Positions 9,407-19,623 of a stretch of DNA of 64,000 nucleotides are shown here, one piece after another (the stretch's first letter is position 1; each line of letters starts with the position of its first letter). The position numbers and the translations under genes were made by a program. The stretch is from a virus. The notes under the pieces were generated by a model. That model ran no database searches. It was given only the letters and a program-made list of their open reading frames with translations, and was not told the DNA's origin. Where the stretch lies: the IMG/VR virus record IMGVR_UViG_3300027754_000048; one strand, given 5' to 3'.

Positions 9407-9622
9407 TTATTTTAATCTCAAATGATCCGGTAGACTAACGTGTGGCATGAGTTTAGTAGAATCGTCCGCCTCTTTAAGAATTTTTTCATTCTTTTCATCA
9501 ATATCCTTTTTCACGATATTCAAGATGTATGAGTATTCCATGTATTCCATTTCATATAATGTATCAAACGATTGGCCAAGCTTCACCGCCAAGCGAGCAT
9601 TAAGCTCAAATAAGTTCATCAA
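9407..9622 (-). CDS. gp51: T4 gp51-like baseplate hub assembly protein
   Basis: NLFELNARLAVKLGQSFDTLYEMEYMEYSYILNIVKKDIDEKN matches the gp51 pattern; directly follows the gp26-like gene. Confidence 0.6.
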   Translation of the reverse strand: MMNLFELNARLAVKLGQSFDTLYEMEYMEYSYILNIVKKDIDEKNEKILKEADDSTKLMPHVSLPDHLRLK

Positions 9623-10613
9623 GTCCAGCTGAAATAATGAAAATATCTTTGACAGTGAAGCTTCCTCCCAAAAAAATGTGGCTCTCCGTCTGTGTCTTAC
9701 ATTTTTCGCAAACGCTTACCGCTTTATTTAAGTTTGATTTTTCCAATTGATCCGTAAATTTATGTACAATTACAAATTTATTTTCTGACCAATCTAAGGA
9801 TGCTATTTTTAAAGAAGAAAGTGACTGTGAGTCTGCCCGCCGCCAATCATTTATTAAATATGGACCCTGTGAATAAAAAGATTCATCTATTTGTACGCCT
9901 TTTTGTTCTTCTTCTCGGCGTTTTTGTCGAAATTTACTTTTAATTCCAATGGTTGGCATGTAAAATTTTAAAACCTCGCCTATTTTCTCAGATCTAATAA
10001 CAAAGCATTTTTCTTCTGGCGAATACCACTTCATTAATTCCTGAGGATATTGAAATCCTTTTAAATTTCTACTTGTTACTTGTGTTTGATTAACGTATCC
10101 ACATTTAGCATCTTCACATTTAATATATGCCCAAAGTTTATTTTCCTGATTAGGAAAGGTTAACTCATATATTCTAAAAAGAATATGGTACCGATCTATC
10201 TCTAAAAAATCATTAAAATTTAAAGCCATTGCGTTACCTCTTATCTTGAACTTGGTACATGCGTTAAGAATAAAATTGATCTTTTCTCTGACATCAATTG
10301 GATCGGTCTCATCTATTGTAGACCAGTGACGAATCTCTTTAGTTTTTGCAGATCTTAGCATTAACTCGGCACCTTCTGGATAAAAAAGTCCTTGTGATGG
10401 AAGTAAAGCAGGATCTAATAGCTTCCATGGAGATTCGTATGCAGCTGACATGTCCGGTTCAGTGTGATAAGATTGAGCTTTTCCTAAGCTAGTAACCTTA
10501 GTTTCTTCTGGAGATGGTTCTTGAGTCTTTTCAGCGATTGAATTAACTCCATATTTTTTATCTTGTTCTTCAAGAAATTTCTCGGCGCCTTTTTGATCAA
10601 TTCCGTTTTGCAT
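9606..10613 (-). CDS. gp26: T4 gp26-like baseplate hub subunit with Cys-pair zinc motifs
   Basis: LPSQGLFYP...LRSAKTKE...IDRYHILFRI...CEDAKCG...CEKC. Confidence 0.65.
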   Translation of the reverse strand: MQNGIDQKGAEKFLEEQDKKYGVNSIAEKTQEPSPEETKVTSLGKAQSYHTEPDMSAAYESPWKLLDPALLPSQGLFYPEGAELMLRSAKTKEIRHWSTIDETDPIDVREKINFILNACTKFKIRGNAMALNFNDFLEIDRYHILFRIYELTFPNQENKLWAYIKCEDAKCGYVNQTQVTSRNLKGFQYPQELMKWYSPEEKCFVIRSEKIGEVLKFYMPTIGIKSKFRQKRREEEQKGVQIDESFYSQGPYLINDWRRADSQSLSSLKIASLDWSENKFVIVHKFTDQLEKSNLNKAVSVCEKCKTQTESHIFLGGSFTVKDIFIISAGLDELI

Positions 10614-10643
10614 TGCCTTCTATTTTTTCTATCTTATATTAAC

Positions 10644-10675
10644 AAAAAAGCAACTGGTTCTATTCCAGTTGCTTT
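10644..10675 (-). terminator. Rho-independent terminator
   Basis: AAAGCAACTGG-TTCTATT-CCAGTTGCTTT stem-loop followed by a T tract on the minus strand. Confidence 0.75.
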
Positions 10676-10697
10676 ATAATAAAATTGAATTTGTGGT

Positions 10698-11171
10698 TTA
10701 TGAGTTGATGAACTGTGAAAAAGTTAAGGCACGATAAGACGATTCATAGATTCTCTCCATTGTTTGAGGATAAATCTCCTTAATTTCAAGAGTTTTTGGA
10801 TCTTTAATCCAGGCCCTAAGCGTATTATTTGAATAATTAGGTACAATTTTTTGTAGTTTACCTATCGCTATCTTGCCATTTTCGTGATCTAATTGAGAGT
10901 TTACAATAAGTCCCCTGATTCTATCTCCGGGCTTAAAAAAGAATTTTAATTTACTTATATCTGTGTCAAAATCAGAAAATCCTGGATCACCTTTGACTGA
11001 CATATCAGTGAGAGCTTTCTGACTGATTGAGATACCTGGAGTAAACTTACTACGACTTAAAGTAAAATTGAAATCTCCCTTTGATCCATAAAAAGGAATG
11101 CCTCGGGTAAAATCTCCCCGATTAAACGTTGACGCTCCGTTATTAAATTCGTTTATGCGTTCCATTACCAA
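10698..11171 (-). CDS. Hypothetical protein with SH3/KOW-like C-terminal half
   Basis: FKPGDRIRG...GKLQKI...AWIKDPKT pattern. Confidence 0.6.
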   Translation of the reverse strand: MVMERINEFNNGASTFNRGDFTRGIPFYGSKGDFNFTLSRSKFTPGISISQKALTDMSVKGDPGFSDFDTDISKLKFFFKPGDRIRGLIVNSQLDHENGKIAIGKLQKIVPNYSNNTLRAWIKDPKTLEIKEIYPQTMERIYESSYRALTFSQFINS

Positions 11172-11572
11172 GCAATAGGCATAGTTTTCTTCTTGTGACC
11201 AATTACTGAATACGTATTCGGTGGACTAACCACTGCACCAGTAATATCACAAAACGCAAATTTCATTAAGTATACGTCAATTTTATTATTGGCATATGTT
11301 GCACTCATTAAATATGTCTTTGGATAAACGACAGCATCGTCATCTTTATTCTCTAATCCCCATATTTTTACATAATCAGCTGTTCCCATGTTTACAAATT
11401 CCACTCTAAACACTGGACCATACGAATATCCATATTGTTGAGTTTCGCCAATTCGCCAATATCCAAGGCTAGTTTTTCCTCCAGCAGGAATACGTTTGTC
11501 TGTGCTCACAAAAGTTGGAGCATAACTAACATCATGGGTCAAATTTATTAATTCAATTGCGCTAGATAGCAT
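11165..11572 (-). CDS. Hypothetical protein
   Basis: 135 aa ORF co-linear with its neighbours. Confidence 0.65.
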   Translation of the reverse strand: MLSSAIELINLTHDVSYAPTFVSTDKRIPAGGKTSLGYWRIGETQQYGYSYGPVFRVEFVNMGTADYVKIWGLENKDDDAVVYPKTYLMSATYANNKIDVYLMKFAFCDITGAVVSPPNTYSVIGHKKKTMPIAW

Positions 11573-11586
11573 CTATTTTTATTTTT

Positions 11587-12123
11587 TTAAACAGCTTTTC
11601 CAAACAGTACTAGACCTGAAACCCTAACTGCATATAACTCATTAGTGTTGATGATCTTTATCTTATTTATTAGATCCTCGACCTTATTTGACTTTGGATT
11701 CGTAAATATTGTGAAAAAGTCGTATAACGGATATTCTGAAGTAGTCAAAGTATCTGCTGTTTCAATCGAAATTCTAACAGATTTATCAATAGTCGCAAGA
11801 GAGTCACCGTCTGTATTATACGTAGGATAAACGATTCGGATCATTACTCCTCGGGCATATAGCTTTCCGCTTTCTAAAACTTCGCTAGGTGATAGTACGT
11901 TTACCGCATTATCAAAAACGGTAATTTCTCCTCCGCTGACCTCGGCATTTAATGCAAGGCAGCTATATCCATCTACTGGAAAGGCAAAATTTCCAATACA
12001 GAATTCTCCATGTGTGTCTTTTCCTTCTACTACTCTAAAGCAATTATCGCTAAAAATTTGCAGTACAGGTTGATTTTCATATCCGCCGCAGCAGTCACAA
12101 ACCTCATTTAAGTTAGGAATCAT
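11587..12123 (-). CDS. Hypothetical protein
   Basis: 178 aa ORF, ATGA overlap with the upstream gene. Confidence 0.65.
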   Translation of the reverse strand: MIPNLNEVCDCCGGYENQPVLQIFSDNCFRVVEGKDTHGEFCIGNFAFPVDGYSCLALNAEVSGGEITVFDNAVNVLSPSEVLESGKLYARGVMIRIVYPTYNTDGDSLATIDKSVRISIETADTLTTSEYPLYDFFTIFTNPKSNKVEDLINKIKIINTNELYAVRVSGLVLFGKAV

Positions 12124-12845
12124 TTACTTCTTGATTTTTTCATCATTTGGCTAAGTTCAGGTTTTTTCCATGCATGATTTATCTGAGTATCTGCAGGATG
12201 AGGCATGTTTAGAGGAGATGGTTTTTCGGTTGAAATTTGAGCAGGTTTATGTTCAATTATTTCTTCAACTATCTCAACTTGAACGTCATCCGTTTGATCT
12301 TCGGTAGCCTCGATTGGAGGTTCCACCAAATCACTCGATTCCACTTTAGGTTCCCTAATGCTAGTCTCATTTATTTTATCTATTTCTCCATACTGAATAA
12401 AAAAGTGAAGACACGTTAAGGAAATTAAAGGCAGTAACCCGCCTTCTAATACCGCGAGCCAACGTCGCTGTGCAATTAGATCAGTAAGGTCGCTTCCTAT
12501 TGATTGAAAAAGCGGACCAGTTAATTCAGACCAATCCTTAAATGCTTTAGACGCAACATCAATTTCTGAATAACAGAAATAAATATTTCCTATAAATTGG
12601 ATTAACGTTACAATAATAAAAACGATCCAAACAGAAAAACCTTTAATTTTGACAGACGCAGCTGCAATAGATGACATTGCAGCTATTTCAACTGCAATAG
12701 AAAGATAGATTGCCCAGCTTAGAGGATTTGCTAGACTATACCAACTAACAACGTGAGAAATAGATATTGCGGCAACAGAAAGAATTGGAATTAAAAATGC
12801 TGCTCGGATTATTGATTTCTCATTCCGAACAACCCAATTAGTCAT
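12120..12845 (-). CDS. Multi-pass membrane protein (about 4 TM segments, acidic/Pro-rich tail)
   Basis: Hydrophobic segments AAFLIPILSVAAISISHVVSWY, WAIYLSIAVEIAAMSSIAAA, VWIVFIIVTLIQFIGNIYFCY, LEGGLLPLISLTCLHFFI. Confidence 0.7.
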   Translation of the reverse strand: MTNWVVRNEKSIIRAAFLIPILSVAAISISHVVSWYSLANPLSWAIYLSIAVEIAAMSSIAAASVKIKGFSVWIVFIIVTLIQFIGNIYFCYSEIDVASKAFKDWSELTGPLFQSIGSDLTDLIAQRRWLAVLEGGLLPLISLTCLHFFIQYGEIDKINETSIREPKVESSDLVEPPIEATEDQTDDVQVEIVEEIIEHKPAQISTEKPSPLNMPHPADTQINHAWKKPELSQMMKKSRSK

Positions 12846-13152
12846 TTGATTCTATCTTATTTTTAACATCAGATAGGCTGCTTTTGCCTTTATCTAGATC
12901 GTCTTCGTAAATAAGAAAGTCGAACATAGTTCTTTCCATTTCATCACGAACTTGCTTAGTTGTTGCAAAAGTGTTTACTAATGCTTGTAAAGAATCTATT
13001 TTTTGCTCAAGACGCTGACTAGTCTCTTTGGAATTTTTATCTAGATTCGATAGCTTATTATTCGTACAACCCTTTGATAAAAAAAGAAGTAAGAATAAGA
13101 AAGTTGAAACTTTCCATGCATGAGTCTTCAATGAATCTATTAGAGTTTTCAT
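12838..13152 (-). CDS. Membrane-anchored coiled-coil protein, possible lipoprotein/spanin
   Basis: WKVSTFLFLLLFLSKGC signal/lipobox-like segment, then coiled coil; late motif at 13169-13177. Confidence 0.55.
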   Translation of the reverse strand: MKTLIDSLKTHAWKVSTFLFLLLFLSKGCTNNKLSNLDKNSKETSQRLEQKIDSLQALVNTFATTKQVRDEMERTMFDFLIYEDDLDKGKSSLSDVKNKIESND

Positions 13153-13191
13153 GTTTTGATATTTTTGTTATTTATCTAAGAAAGGCCTTTT

Positions 13192-13656
13192 TTACAATAG
13201 TAAGTATATTGCAAGTGAAACTATACTAACTCCAAGAAGGGTAAAATAACTCGTATCATATATGAGATCCTTGCGTCGATATTTTTTAAAATTATAGGTA
13301 ATTTTTAAGATATAACCATAATAATCGTCATTTTTAACCCTGTCGTAGTCTACTTTAATAGAGTCAAGAAGACCTTCTTTTGTAAAAAAGTCATTGTATT
13401 TACCCATTTTTTCTCCAATCAGTTTGAGTTCAACTGATGTTTGAGAAGTATCGGAATATGTCAATAATTCTGGGTTCAAATTAATACCGATATAACTGTT
13501 TCCATCTCGATCTAAAGACATTCCCATTGCATCCAATTTGCCTGAAGTTTCAAGATCAAAGATTAAACGTCGGTACTTGGAATATTTGGAAAGTTCTGCA
13601 ATGTTTTCAGTCAGCCTTTCATAAACGCGGTTAGGTAAAATATAGTCTAGAATCAT
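13192..13656 (-). CDS. Hypothetical protein with C-terminal TM anchor
   Basis: 154 aa ending [17 protein letters not shown]. Confidence 0.65.
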   Translation of the reverse strand: MILDYILPNRVYERLTENIAELSKYSKYRRLIFDLETSGKLDAMGMSLDRDGNSYIGINLNPELLTYSDTSQTSVELKLIGEKMGKYNDFFTKEGLLDSIKVDYDRVKNDDYYGYILKITYNFKKYRRKDLIYDTSYFTLLGVSIVSLAIYLLL

Positions 13657-14279
13657 ATAATTAGCCTTATTTTTTCTTCAAGTTGAGGGTTCTTTTTGAT
13701 AACTGCTGCCTTGATATCTGAACGAATTTTCCGTAATTTAGTTTTAACAGTGTTCTCGTTCATTTCATACTCATGAGCAATCTGTTTTACTTTTTTGTTT
13801 TTGATCATCTTATCGATCGCAATGCTCTTCATAAGATCGTCATTTATTCCAAAAATCTCGTCTACTGTTTTTACGTATACTTCTTCCAACTCAACATGTC
13901 TTGATAGAACTTCTTCAAAATCATCCGGTCTATCGATTGTATGGTAGAGATCATCAATGTCGAGATGACAATTTTTCTTTTTTTGATAGAGATAATATAG
14001 TGTTTCGTTACGAGCAATCGTATAAATCCAAGTAGTAAATCTACCTTTTTCAAAATCAAATTGTAAAACGTTTCTAAAGATTCGTTTTAGACTCCATTGT
14101 AAAGCCTCGTCAGTATCAAAGTCATTTTTACAGAATTTCCAAATATAGTACCTAAGCTTTGGATAAATTAAAGTAGCTAACTCATTTCTTTCAATCTCAG
14201 TAATCTTAGTTGTTAAGAGTTTTTCTGAAATTTCTTGTATTCTAGCGTTTATTTTAAGATTTGTTTCTTCATACCCCAT
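13653..14279 (-). CDS. ECF-type sigma-70 family sigma factor
   Basis: Region 2: [38 protein letters not shown]; region 4 HTH: [24 protein letters not shown]. Confidence 0.88.
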   Translation of the reverse strand: MGYEETNLKINARIQEISEKLLTTKITEIERNELATLIYPKLRYYIWKFCKNDFDTDEALQWSLKRIFRNVLQFDFEKGRFTTWIYTIARNETLYYLYQKKKNCHLDIDDLYHTIDRPDDFEEVLSRHVELEEVYVKTVDEIFGINDDLMKSIAIDKMIKNKKVKQIAHEYEMNENTVKTKLRKIRSDIKAAVIKKNPQLEEKIRLII

Positions 14280-14283
14280 ATGA

Positions 14284-14589
14284 TTAAGCTCCCATGTTTT
14301 TTACTTTTAGTTCAGTGATCATGTCAAAACAAACTTTACACTCTTCATAACGCTCGGCTTCTTGATAAAAATCTAGGGAATTTTCTAAACAACTAACAAA
14401 TTTGTTACGCGAAAGATTTATAGCATACTCATAATTACCGATTTCAATAGTAATTACGTTAATGTTTTCGATGCTAGAATCTTTATACACATTTTTGATT
14501 GAAGCTATTACTTTCTCATATATGAGATCCTGATGTTGTCGAAACACATCGTCTAGCGTTGTGCCCGCATCAAATTTTAAATATTGCAT
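14284..14589 (-). CDS. Hypothetical protein with UVR-like C-terminal motif
   Basis: [27 protein letters not shown] resembles the UvrB/C (UVR) E-x-Y-E-x-A motif. Confidence 0.55.
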   Translation of the reverse strand: MQYLKFDAGTTLDDVFRQHQDLIYEKVIASIKNVYKDSSIENINVITIEIGNYEYAINLSRNKFVSCLENSLDFYQEAERYEECKVCFDMITELKVKNMGA

Positions 14590-14633
14590 GAAAATAGTTT
14601 TTTGGTTGACGTTATTAATATACTATAGAATTT

Positions 14634-16610
14634 TTAATTTTTAAAAAAACGGTCTCTTAATTTTTTCATTTGTTCACGCGATTCTAAATCAAATACATTA
14701 TTTTTGAGTATAGTATCACCAGTTGACCCATTGACCGGATGATTTAACTCTCGTAATTCGTCAAAATTATACATATTTTTTGTTCCAATTTCTCTATATA
14801 CGTTAAATATTTTTTCCTCAACTTCTTTCCTATATTCAGGTGAAGCATTTTCATAGGTTTCGACACCAATATCCCAAAACTGAGAAGAATCAAAAAATGG
14901 TGCAAGATTAACGCAGGTCATTGCCAGGTCATCATTTCCATTTTGTCCTCGATATATTCCTCCTCTAGATTTACCAAATGACATTAGCTCCATTATTGTA
15001 ACAAAATCATTAGGAATAATCTTATTAATCATAACTAAATATTTGAATCGTTCGCAGTATTTCGTTCGATTAGTTGGCCCTAATCTTAGACCTAGTTTTA
15101 CATTGGTCGCCATTTCAGTATGTTTAGTGTGAACAAATTGTCCTATCCAATAATTTGGATTATCTACAAATCGATTATGTATAATTTCTCCTTTATGGTT
15201 CATTTCAATCACTATCCTTGATTTTTCAGGATTGAATATTCGGTATATGATAAATTCTGAGGCTGCTGCAAATTGAGTAACGTCTAATTCATTTGTCCTA
15301 AACTTACCTATTTGTACTAATGAAATAGTATCTAATTCATTACGAACGGCGTCTTTCTTTTTAAGTAATTCCTTAACCGGCATAGCAACCACCTTGTAAA
15401 TATTAAGAACTGAATAATCTCCACCTACTCCATCTGCAGTATCGATCGTAAATACAAAATTGGACGGATCTGATTTAAAATCGTCTAGTATATATTTTGC
15501 ATATTTTGGGTGAAACGATAGATAATCATTTATGTACATTCTGTCCTCGTCTAATGGAAACTTAGAATTTACATAATCTGCCTTAATATTATACAGCCTC
15601 TTCAAATCTGTTGAATTTAAGAGTAGTTGATCTGATGAGAAAAACTGTAACCCATACTCCTGATTAAAGTCTTCGATCGATCCAATATCCGCGATTGTTT
15701 CCTGTTTCCATTGTTCGTCTCGACCTGGAACCTGCCACCAGTCTACTCTTAATGGAACAAAATTGCTGCGATTTGCAATAGCATCGCTCCAAATATCATA
15801 GAACTTATTTTTTCCATTTGGTGTTGAAGTAATGATGATTTTTGAATTAGGGTCAGCCGAGATAGTTGGAAAAATTGCTCGATAGAATTCATCAAGTTTT
15901 GCCTGATCAATATGTGCAAACTCGTCAATGTACAATAGGTTAACTGTTAAACCTATACCTGATTTCTTGGTGGTAGTTCTACCAACAATACGACTATCGT
16001 TGTCAAACTTAATATTACCTGTGTTAATGTGCTTTATACCTGGCTTCATAAAGAAAGGCAAGTTATCCAAGATAATCCTAAACTTATCTAAGAGTTCTCT
16101 AGTAGTAGTAAAGTTATCCGCAACAATCAGCGCGGTCTTTTCTGCATGGAAAAGCAAGAACCAACAGATAAAAAGAGCAGAAGTAACAGATTTACCAATC
16201 TGTCTACTTGCCATCAAAATATTATACTTGTTTGCCTTTAATGAGTGCAGAATCTCCTCTTGAAAATCTCGAAGACCTTTGGTGTCCTTCAAACACATTA
16301 CTCCATCATTTGTCTGAATAAATCCATAATTACATGCAAAATAGAGAATATCGTCTTTGCATTTTGTAAGTTCGGTCCACTCTTCTGGAGTATATTCAAA
16401 TGGTAAACTTGCACGCTTTAGATTAATGTCATTGTCCTTGAAAGGAGAATTATGTAGACCCTTGATGTCTAATCCATTGTCAATTTGATCAAGGAGAGAA
16501 TTAATTCTTAACGTAGTCCATATGGAGGTATTCGTATCATCATCTGATCCTCCAATAGCTGAAATCTTACGAGACGTGAAAGCGCCCCGATTCGACATAA
16601 CATCTCTCAT
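14634..16610 (-). CDS. gp17: Terminase large subunit (T4 gp17-like)
   Basis: KCKDDILYFA, Walker A ASRQIGKS, Walker B LLYIDEFA, ITSTPNG, nuclease IDTADGVGGDYS and NDDLAM. Confidence 0.95.
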   Translation of the reverse strand: MRDVMSNRGAFTSRKISAIGGSDDDTNTSIWTTLRINSLLDQIDNGLDIKGLHNSPFKDNDINLKRASLPFEYTPEEWTELTKCKDDILYFACNYGFIQTNDGVMCLKDTKGLRDFQEEILHSLKANKYNILMASRQIGKSVTSALFICWFLLFHAEKTALIVADNFTTTRELLDKFRIILDNLPFFMKPGIKHINTGNIKFDNDSRIVGRTTTKKSGIGLTVNLLYIDEFAHIDQAKLDEFYRAIFPTISADPNSKIIITSTPNGKNKFYDIWSDAIANRSNFVPLRVDWWQVPGRDEQWKQETIADIGSIEDFNQEYGLQFFSSDQLLLNSTDLKRLYNIKADYVNSKFPLDEDRMYINDYLSFHPKYAKYILDDFKSDPSNFVFTIDTADGVGGDYSVLNIYKVVAMPVKELLKKKDAVRNELDTISLVQIGKFRTNELDVTQFAAASEFIIYRIFNPEKSRIVIEMNHKGEIIHNRFVDNPNYWIGQFVHTKHTEMATNVKLGLRLGPTNRTKYCERFKYLVMINKIIPNDFVTIMELMSFGKSRGGIYRGQNGNDDLAMTCVNLAPFFDSSQFWDIGVETYENASPEYRKEVEEKIFNVYREIGTKNMYNFDELRELNHPVNGSTGDTILKNNVFDLESREQMKKLRDRFFKN

Positions 16611-16614
16611 GGCT

Positions 16615-17349
16615 TTAAATTATTTCAGTAAGATCGATAAAATCATCAGTATCATCAGCAGAGTCAATTTGAATGTTTCTTTCTCGCATCAAATCTGATT
16701 TTTTACTAGGGTTAATTAAATCTCCAGAGACTTTTTCCTTTTCGTTTTTAGGTTGGCCTGAAGATAGACTCTTAATAGCATTTTTAGTGCCGACTGTAAT
16801 AAAAAACTGTCCTTCGCTTGAACTAGAATCAACCTTGGTAGAATCTGAATTTACTGGAATATCTCGATTTAATTTCTGATAAGTTTCTTCAAGGAAAATA
16901 ATATAGTTGGCTTGTGTTTTTGTAATGTCTGCCATTTTGTCCTGTAGCTGGCCCATTACCTCAATTAATCGAGGATGAGTATTACCGGAAGTTATTTGTT
17001 CCATTACCTTGATAATTGTGATCTTTAGAGTTTTTAATTGAAAAAACAAATTGGAGATATTTATAGTATCGATCTCTTTTTTGTGTCTTGCGTAATCATT
17101 TTTCTCAAAAATTTCAAGATCAACAAAATTTTTAAATAAAGAGTCGGTAATATCTCTAGCTTTTTTAGTAAATTGATTACTCATTTCTTCAAAATCATAT
17201 GGACTTTCAGGCTGAGCGCTCTGTGCTAGTTCATTATCGATCACAAGATCCGTTTGATTTTGATCACCTATTGTGCCTAATAGAGATTGAATTTCATCTC
17301 TTAAATGCGTTCGATTTTCTCGACTCATTCCAGATTTTTTATCTGACAT
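16615..17349 (-). CDS. gp16: Terminase small subunit (T4 gp16-like)
   Basis: HPRLIEVMGQLQDKMAD (cf. gp16 HPRAYEVAGQL) and FFITVGTK; immediately upstream of TerL. Confidence 0.75.
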   Translation of the reverse strand: MSDKKSGMSRENRTHLRDEIQSLLGTIGDQNQTDLVIDNELAQSAQPESPYDFEEMSNQFTKKARDITDSLFKNFVDLEIFEKNDYARHKKEIDTINISNLFFQLKTLKITIIKVMEQITSGNTHPRLIEVMGQLQDKMADITKTQANYIIFLEETYQKLNRDIPVNSDSTKVDSSSSEGQFFITVGTKNAIKSLSSGQPKNEKEKVSGDLINPSKKSDLMRERNIQIDSADDTDDFIDLTEII

Positions 17350-17352
17350 GTA

Positions 17353-17598
17353 TTATCGTATTTTGGATTCATATTTGTCGAGCGCTGGATTAGCACAAAT
17401 TTTAATTTGCTTTACTGCTTCAACCCACTCATACACAATAGAATCGACGTTTTTTAAATATGTGGTTAATGTTTCATTTACGTCAAACATTTGGTTCGAC
17501 AATGAATTCTTTAAAATCTTTCCTTTATAATCATATCCAACGTTTAGTCTGCTTTCCTTACGCTCATAGATGGGACGAAATATACTATCTTTTACCAT
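17353..17598 (-). CDS. Small baseplate-associated hypothetical protein
   Basis: 81 aa between the gp6-like gene and terS. Confidence 0.6.
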   Translation of the reverse strand: MVKDSIFRPIYERKESRLNVGYDYKGKILKNSLSNQMFDVNETLTTYLKNVDSIVYEWVEAVKQIKICANPALDKYESKIR

Positions 17599-17604
17599 TT
17601 GATG

Positions 17605-19266
17605 TTATGCTATTTTTGGACGTGGATTTATCGATTTTACTTGAATATTTACGGCTCCTAACGATTCATCAGAAAGACCTTCTGCATATACGTTTCCATA
17701 GCGATCAGTAAATCCTCCTCGAATTACAGGAAGTTCTTTTTCTCCAATTATAATATCATTGAATTCATCTAATCCAGTATCTGAAGCATTAGGGTTTGTC
17801 ATCTTTGATATTTCATTGTTCTTTGAAACAACATAAATAGAAACAGAATCTACTCCATTGACTTCTTCAACAATCTTAATTAAGTCGCTTTTAGGAATTC
17901 GAGTACGTCTTGTGTTTTCAATAAAAAACTTGCCTAGTGTATTTAAAATGTCTCTTTTGATTAATTCAATAGCAACATCATCAAAAACAATTACAGTCAC
18001 ATTAATTACATAGTTTGTAAGTACTGGATCGATTAATACAATATCTGTTGAAATTAGCTTGGATCCTGACTTTTCAATATATTTTAAGAGCTCATTCTTT
18101 TGAAATGTTGTCATCTTAAATCTAGAAAGATCAGCATTAAAATAATCTTGGCCAGTGCTAAATGTTTTTCTAATGTCTGGAATTAGGAACAGATTCAATA
18201 TTCTGTTGTCGATTGAATCTAGATAAACATTAATCATTGAAAATAACTTTAATTTTCTTAATACTATTTCATAGTGGTCTTCATTTACTAATGCAAAGCT
18301 CTTTGAAAGCCTAGGTGAAATTAACCTAGTTAAGGCAGAGTCTTCTGAATTTGCTCCAAAAAATGGGCTATGCGTTGTTTTTGCAGAAATATAATCGTTT
18401 AAGTTGATCTCATCGCCTAAAATACTGAATCCAGTATCTACAAATTCAAATTGGACTTTGCCAAGGTCAGTGGTTCTAATATTTCCATTTGCGCCTTCCG
18501 TAACTAAATATTCAACTGTAATCTCAGCTCCACGATTAGGAATCTTTCCAAAATTTCCATTTCCAAAGTAAAGATCGATTCCGCTAGTGATTCCAGTTTT
18601 TACTAGATATGCTTTTTCTTCTCTAGGCATGTCTAAGATTGAATCGTATTTAGTCCATTTTTCACCATTTACATATACATTTATATAGAAATTGTCTATA
18701 TAGAAATTTTGAGGACTACCTATTGAAAAACTTTCAGTTGGTACTCCCCTTGCAATAACTGTTTGGGTCTCAATAATTCCCTGGCGAATTTGTATATTTA
18801 CACCATTGTCTTTTCCCGAAAGAGAAAATTTTATTTCGTCTTGCGGTAAATCCATCAAATATGTTAATCCATTGTTTAAATTTTTTATCCTGCTTAAATT
18901 TGGGACAATTACTAAATCATACGGAGAATTAATAGCCTCTGTATTTGTTGAAAGAGATATTTCTCCAATCGCAGATACTGCTCTACTTGGATTATGGCCA
19001 GACAAACTAGCTAAAGAATACACTGATGTCAATCTAGTTGCTTCATTGATATTTAGCTCAGTAATTGAATCCTCGATATAGTAAAATACTAATTGTGTTA
19101 GGTTTTCAACAACTAATAGTATTTGACCAAAAGGCGAAGCGACTGTAAACACTACTCGGTTCTGGTTAAACTTGCTAGTTAAATATGTAATTGTCTGACT
19201 GAGGATATCCTCAACATAAAGGCTAAGTCGATTAAAGACTTTAAATGTATCAGTAGCACTAGCCAT
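17605..19266 (-). CDS. gp6: Baseplate wedge protein (T4 gp6/baseplate J-like)
   Basis: SVYSLASLSGHNPSRAVSA, GIDLYFGNGNFGKIP, YLVTEGANGN, ALVNEDHYE, VNGVDSV; TATAAATA at 19287-19294. Confidence 0.85.
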   Translation of the reverse strand: MASATDTFKVFNRLSLYVEDILSQTITYLTSKFNQNRVVFTVASPFGQILLVVENLTQLVFYYIEDSITELNINEATRLTSVYSLASLSGHNPSRAVSAIGEISLSTNTEAINSPYDLVIVPNLSRIKNLNNGLTYLMDLPQDEIKFSLSGKDNGVNIQIRQGIIETQTVIARGVPTESFSIGSPQNFYIDNFYINVYVNGEKWTKYDSILDMPREEKAYLVKTGITSGIDLYFGNGNFGKIPNRGAEITVEYLVTEGANGNIRTTDLGKVQFEFVDTGFSILGDEINLNDYISAKTTHSPFFGANSEDSALTRLISPRLSKSFALVNEDHYEIVLRKLKLFSMINVYLDSIDNRILNLFLIPDIRKTFSTGQDYFNADLSRFKMTTFQKNELLKYIEKSGSKLISTDIVLIDPVLTNYVINVTVIVFDDVAIELIKRDILNTLGKFFIENTRRTRIPKSDLIKIVEEVNGVDSVSIYVVSKNNEISKMTNPNASDTGLDEFNDIIIGEKELPVIRGGFTDRYGNVYAEGLSDESLGAVNIQVKSINPRPKIA

Positions 19267-19286
19267 CTAGGGTCATTTATTTAGAT

Positions 19287-19294
19287 TATTTATA
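19287..19294 (-). promoter_or_regulatory. T4-type late promoter TATAAATA
   Basis: Exact consensus 21 bp upstream of the gp6-like start. Confidence 0.75.
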
Positions 19295-19385
19295 TTTCGA
19301 ACAATCGGATAATATTTTTCGAACCAATACTTCTCCATAAAAAAGGGCAGAACTGTTGAATTAAATAAAAAGAAAAACCCAACAA

Positions 19386-19577
19386 ATGAAAAAAGTTATC
19401 CTGTTATTCGGCATATGCGCTATATTATCATTAGCTGCATGTTCTGGAAGCGCTAGTGAAGAAGCTACGACAAGTACCGATTCTTTAATTACTGACTCAA
19501 TTGCATTAGATTCTTGTGCAATCGACTCGTGTGCAGCTATACAAATTGATTCAGCTATAACAGATTCAGTTAAATAA
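19386..19577 (+). CDS. Small secreted lipoprotein with DS repeats
   Basis: MKKVILLFGICAILSLAAC: signal peptide II with lipobox LAAC; acidic TDS/DS-repeat mature part. Confidence 0.75.
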   Translation: MKKVILLFGICAILSLAACSGSASEEATTSTDSLITDSIALDSCAIDSCAAIQIDSAITDSVK

Positions 19578-19595
19578 TTAAACTTAAATCTATTA

Positions 19596-19623
19596 AAGTA
19601 AGGCCCCAACTGGGGCCTTACTT
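19596..19623. terminator. Perfect 12-bp hairpin downstream of the lipoprotein gene
   Basis: AAGTAAGGCCCC-AACT-GGGGCCTTACTT; no long U tract, so it may be a processing/stability hairpin instead. Confidence 0.55.

Noticed and set aside
9606-9622. Programmed frameshift between gp26 and gp51 (tail-chaperone G/GT style)
   Set aside because: No slippery heptamer at the junction, and the gp51-like gene has its own ATG.
14634-16610. Intein or intron in the terminase
   Set aside because: All ATPase and nuclease motifs are contiguous at normal spacing in one ORF.
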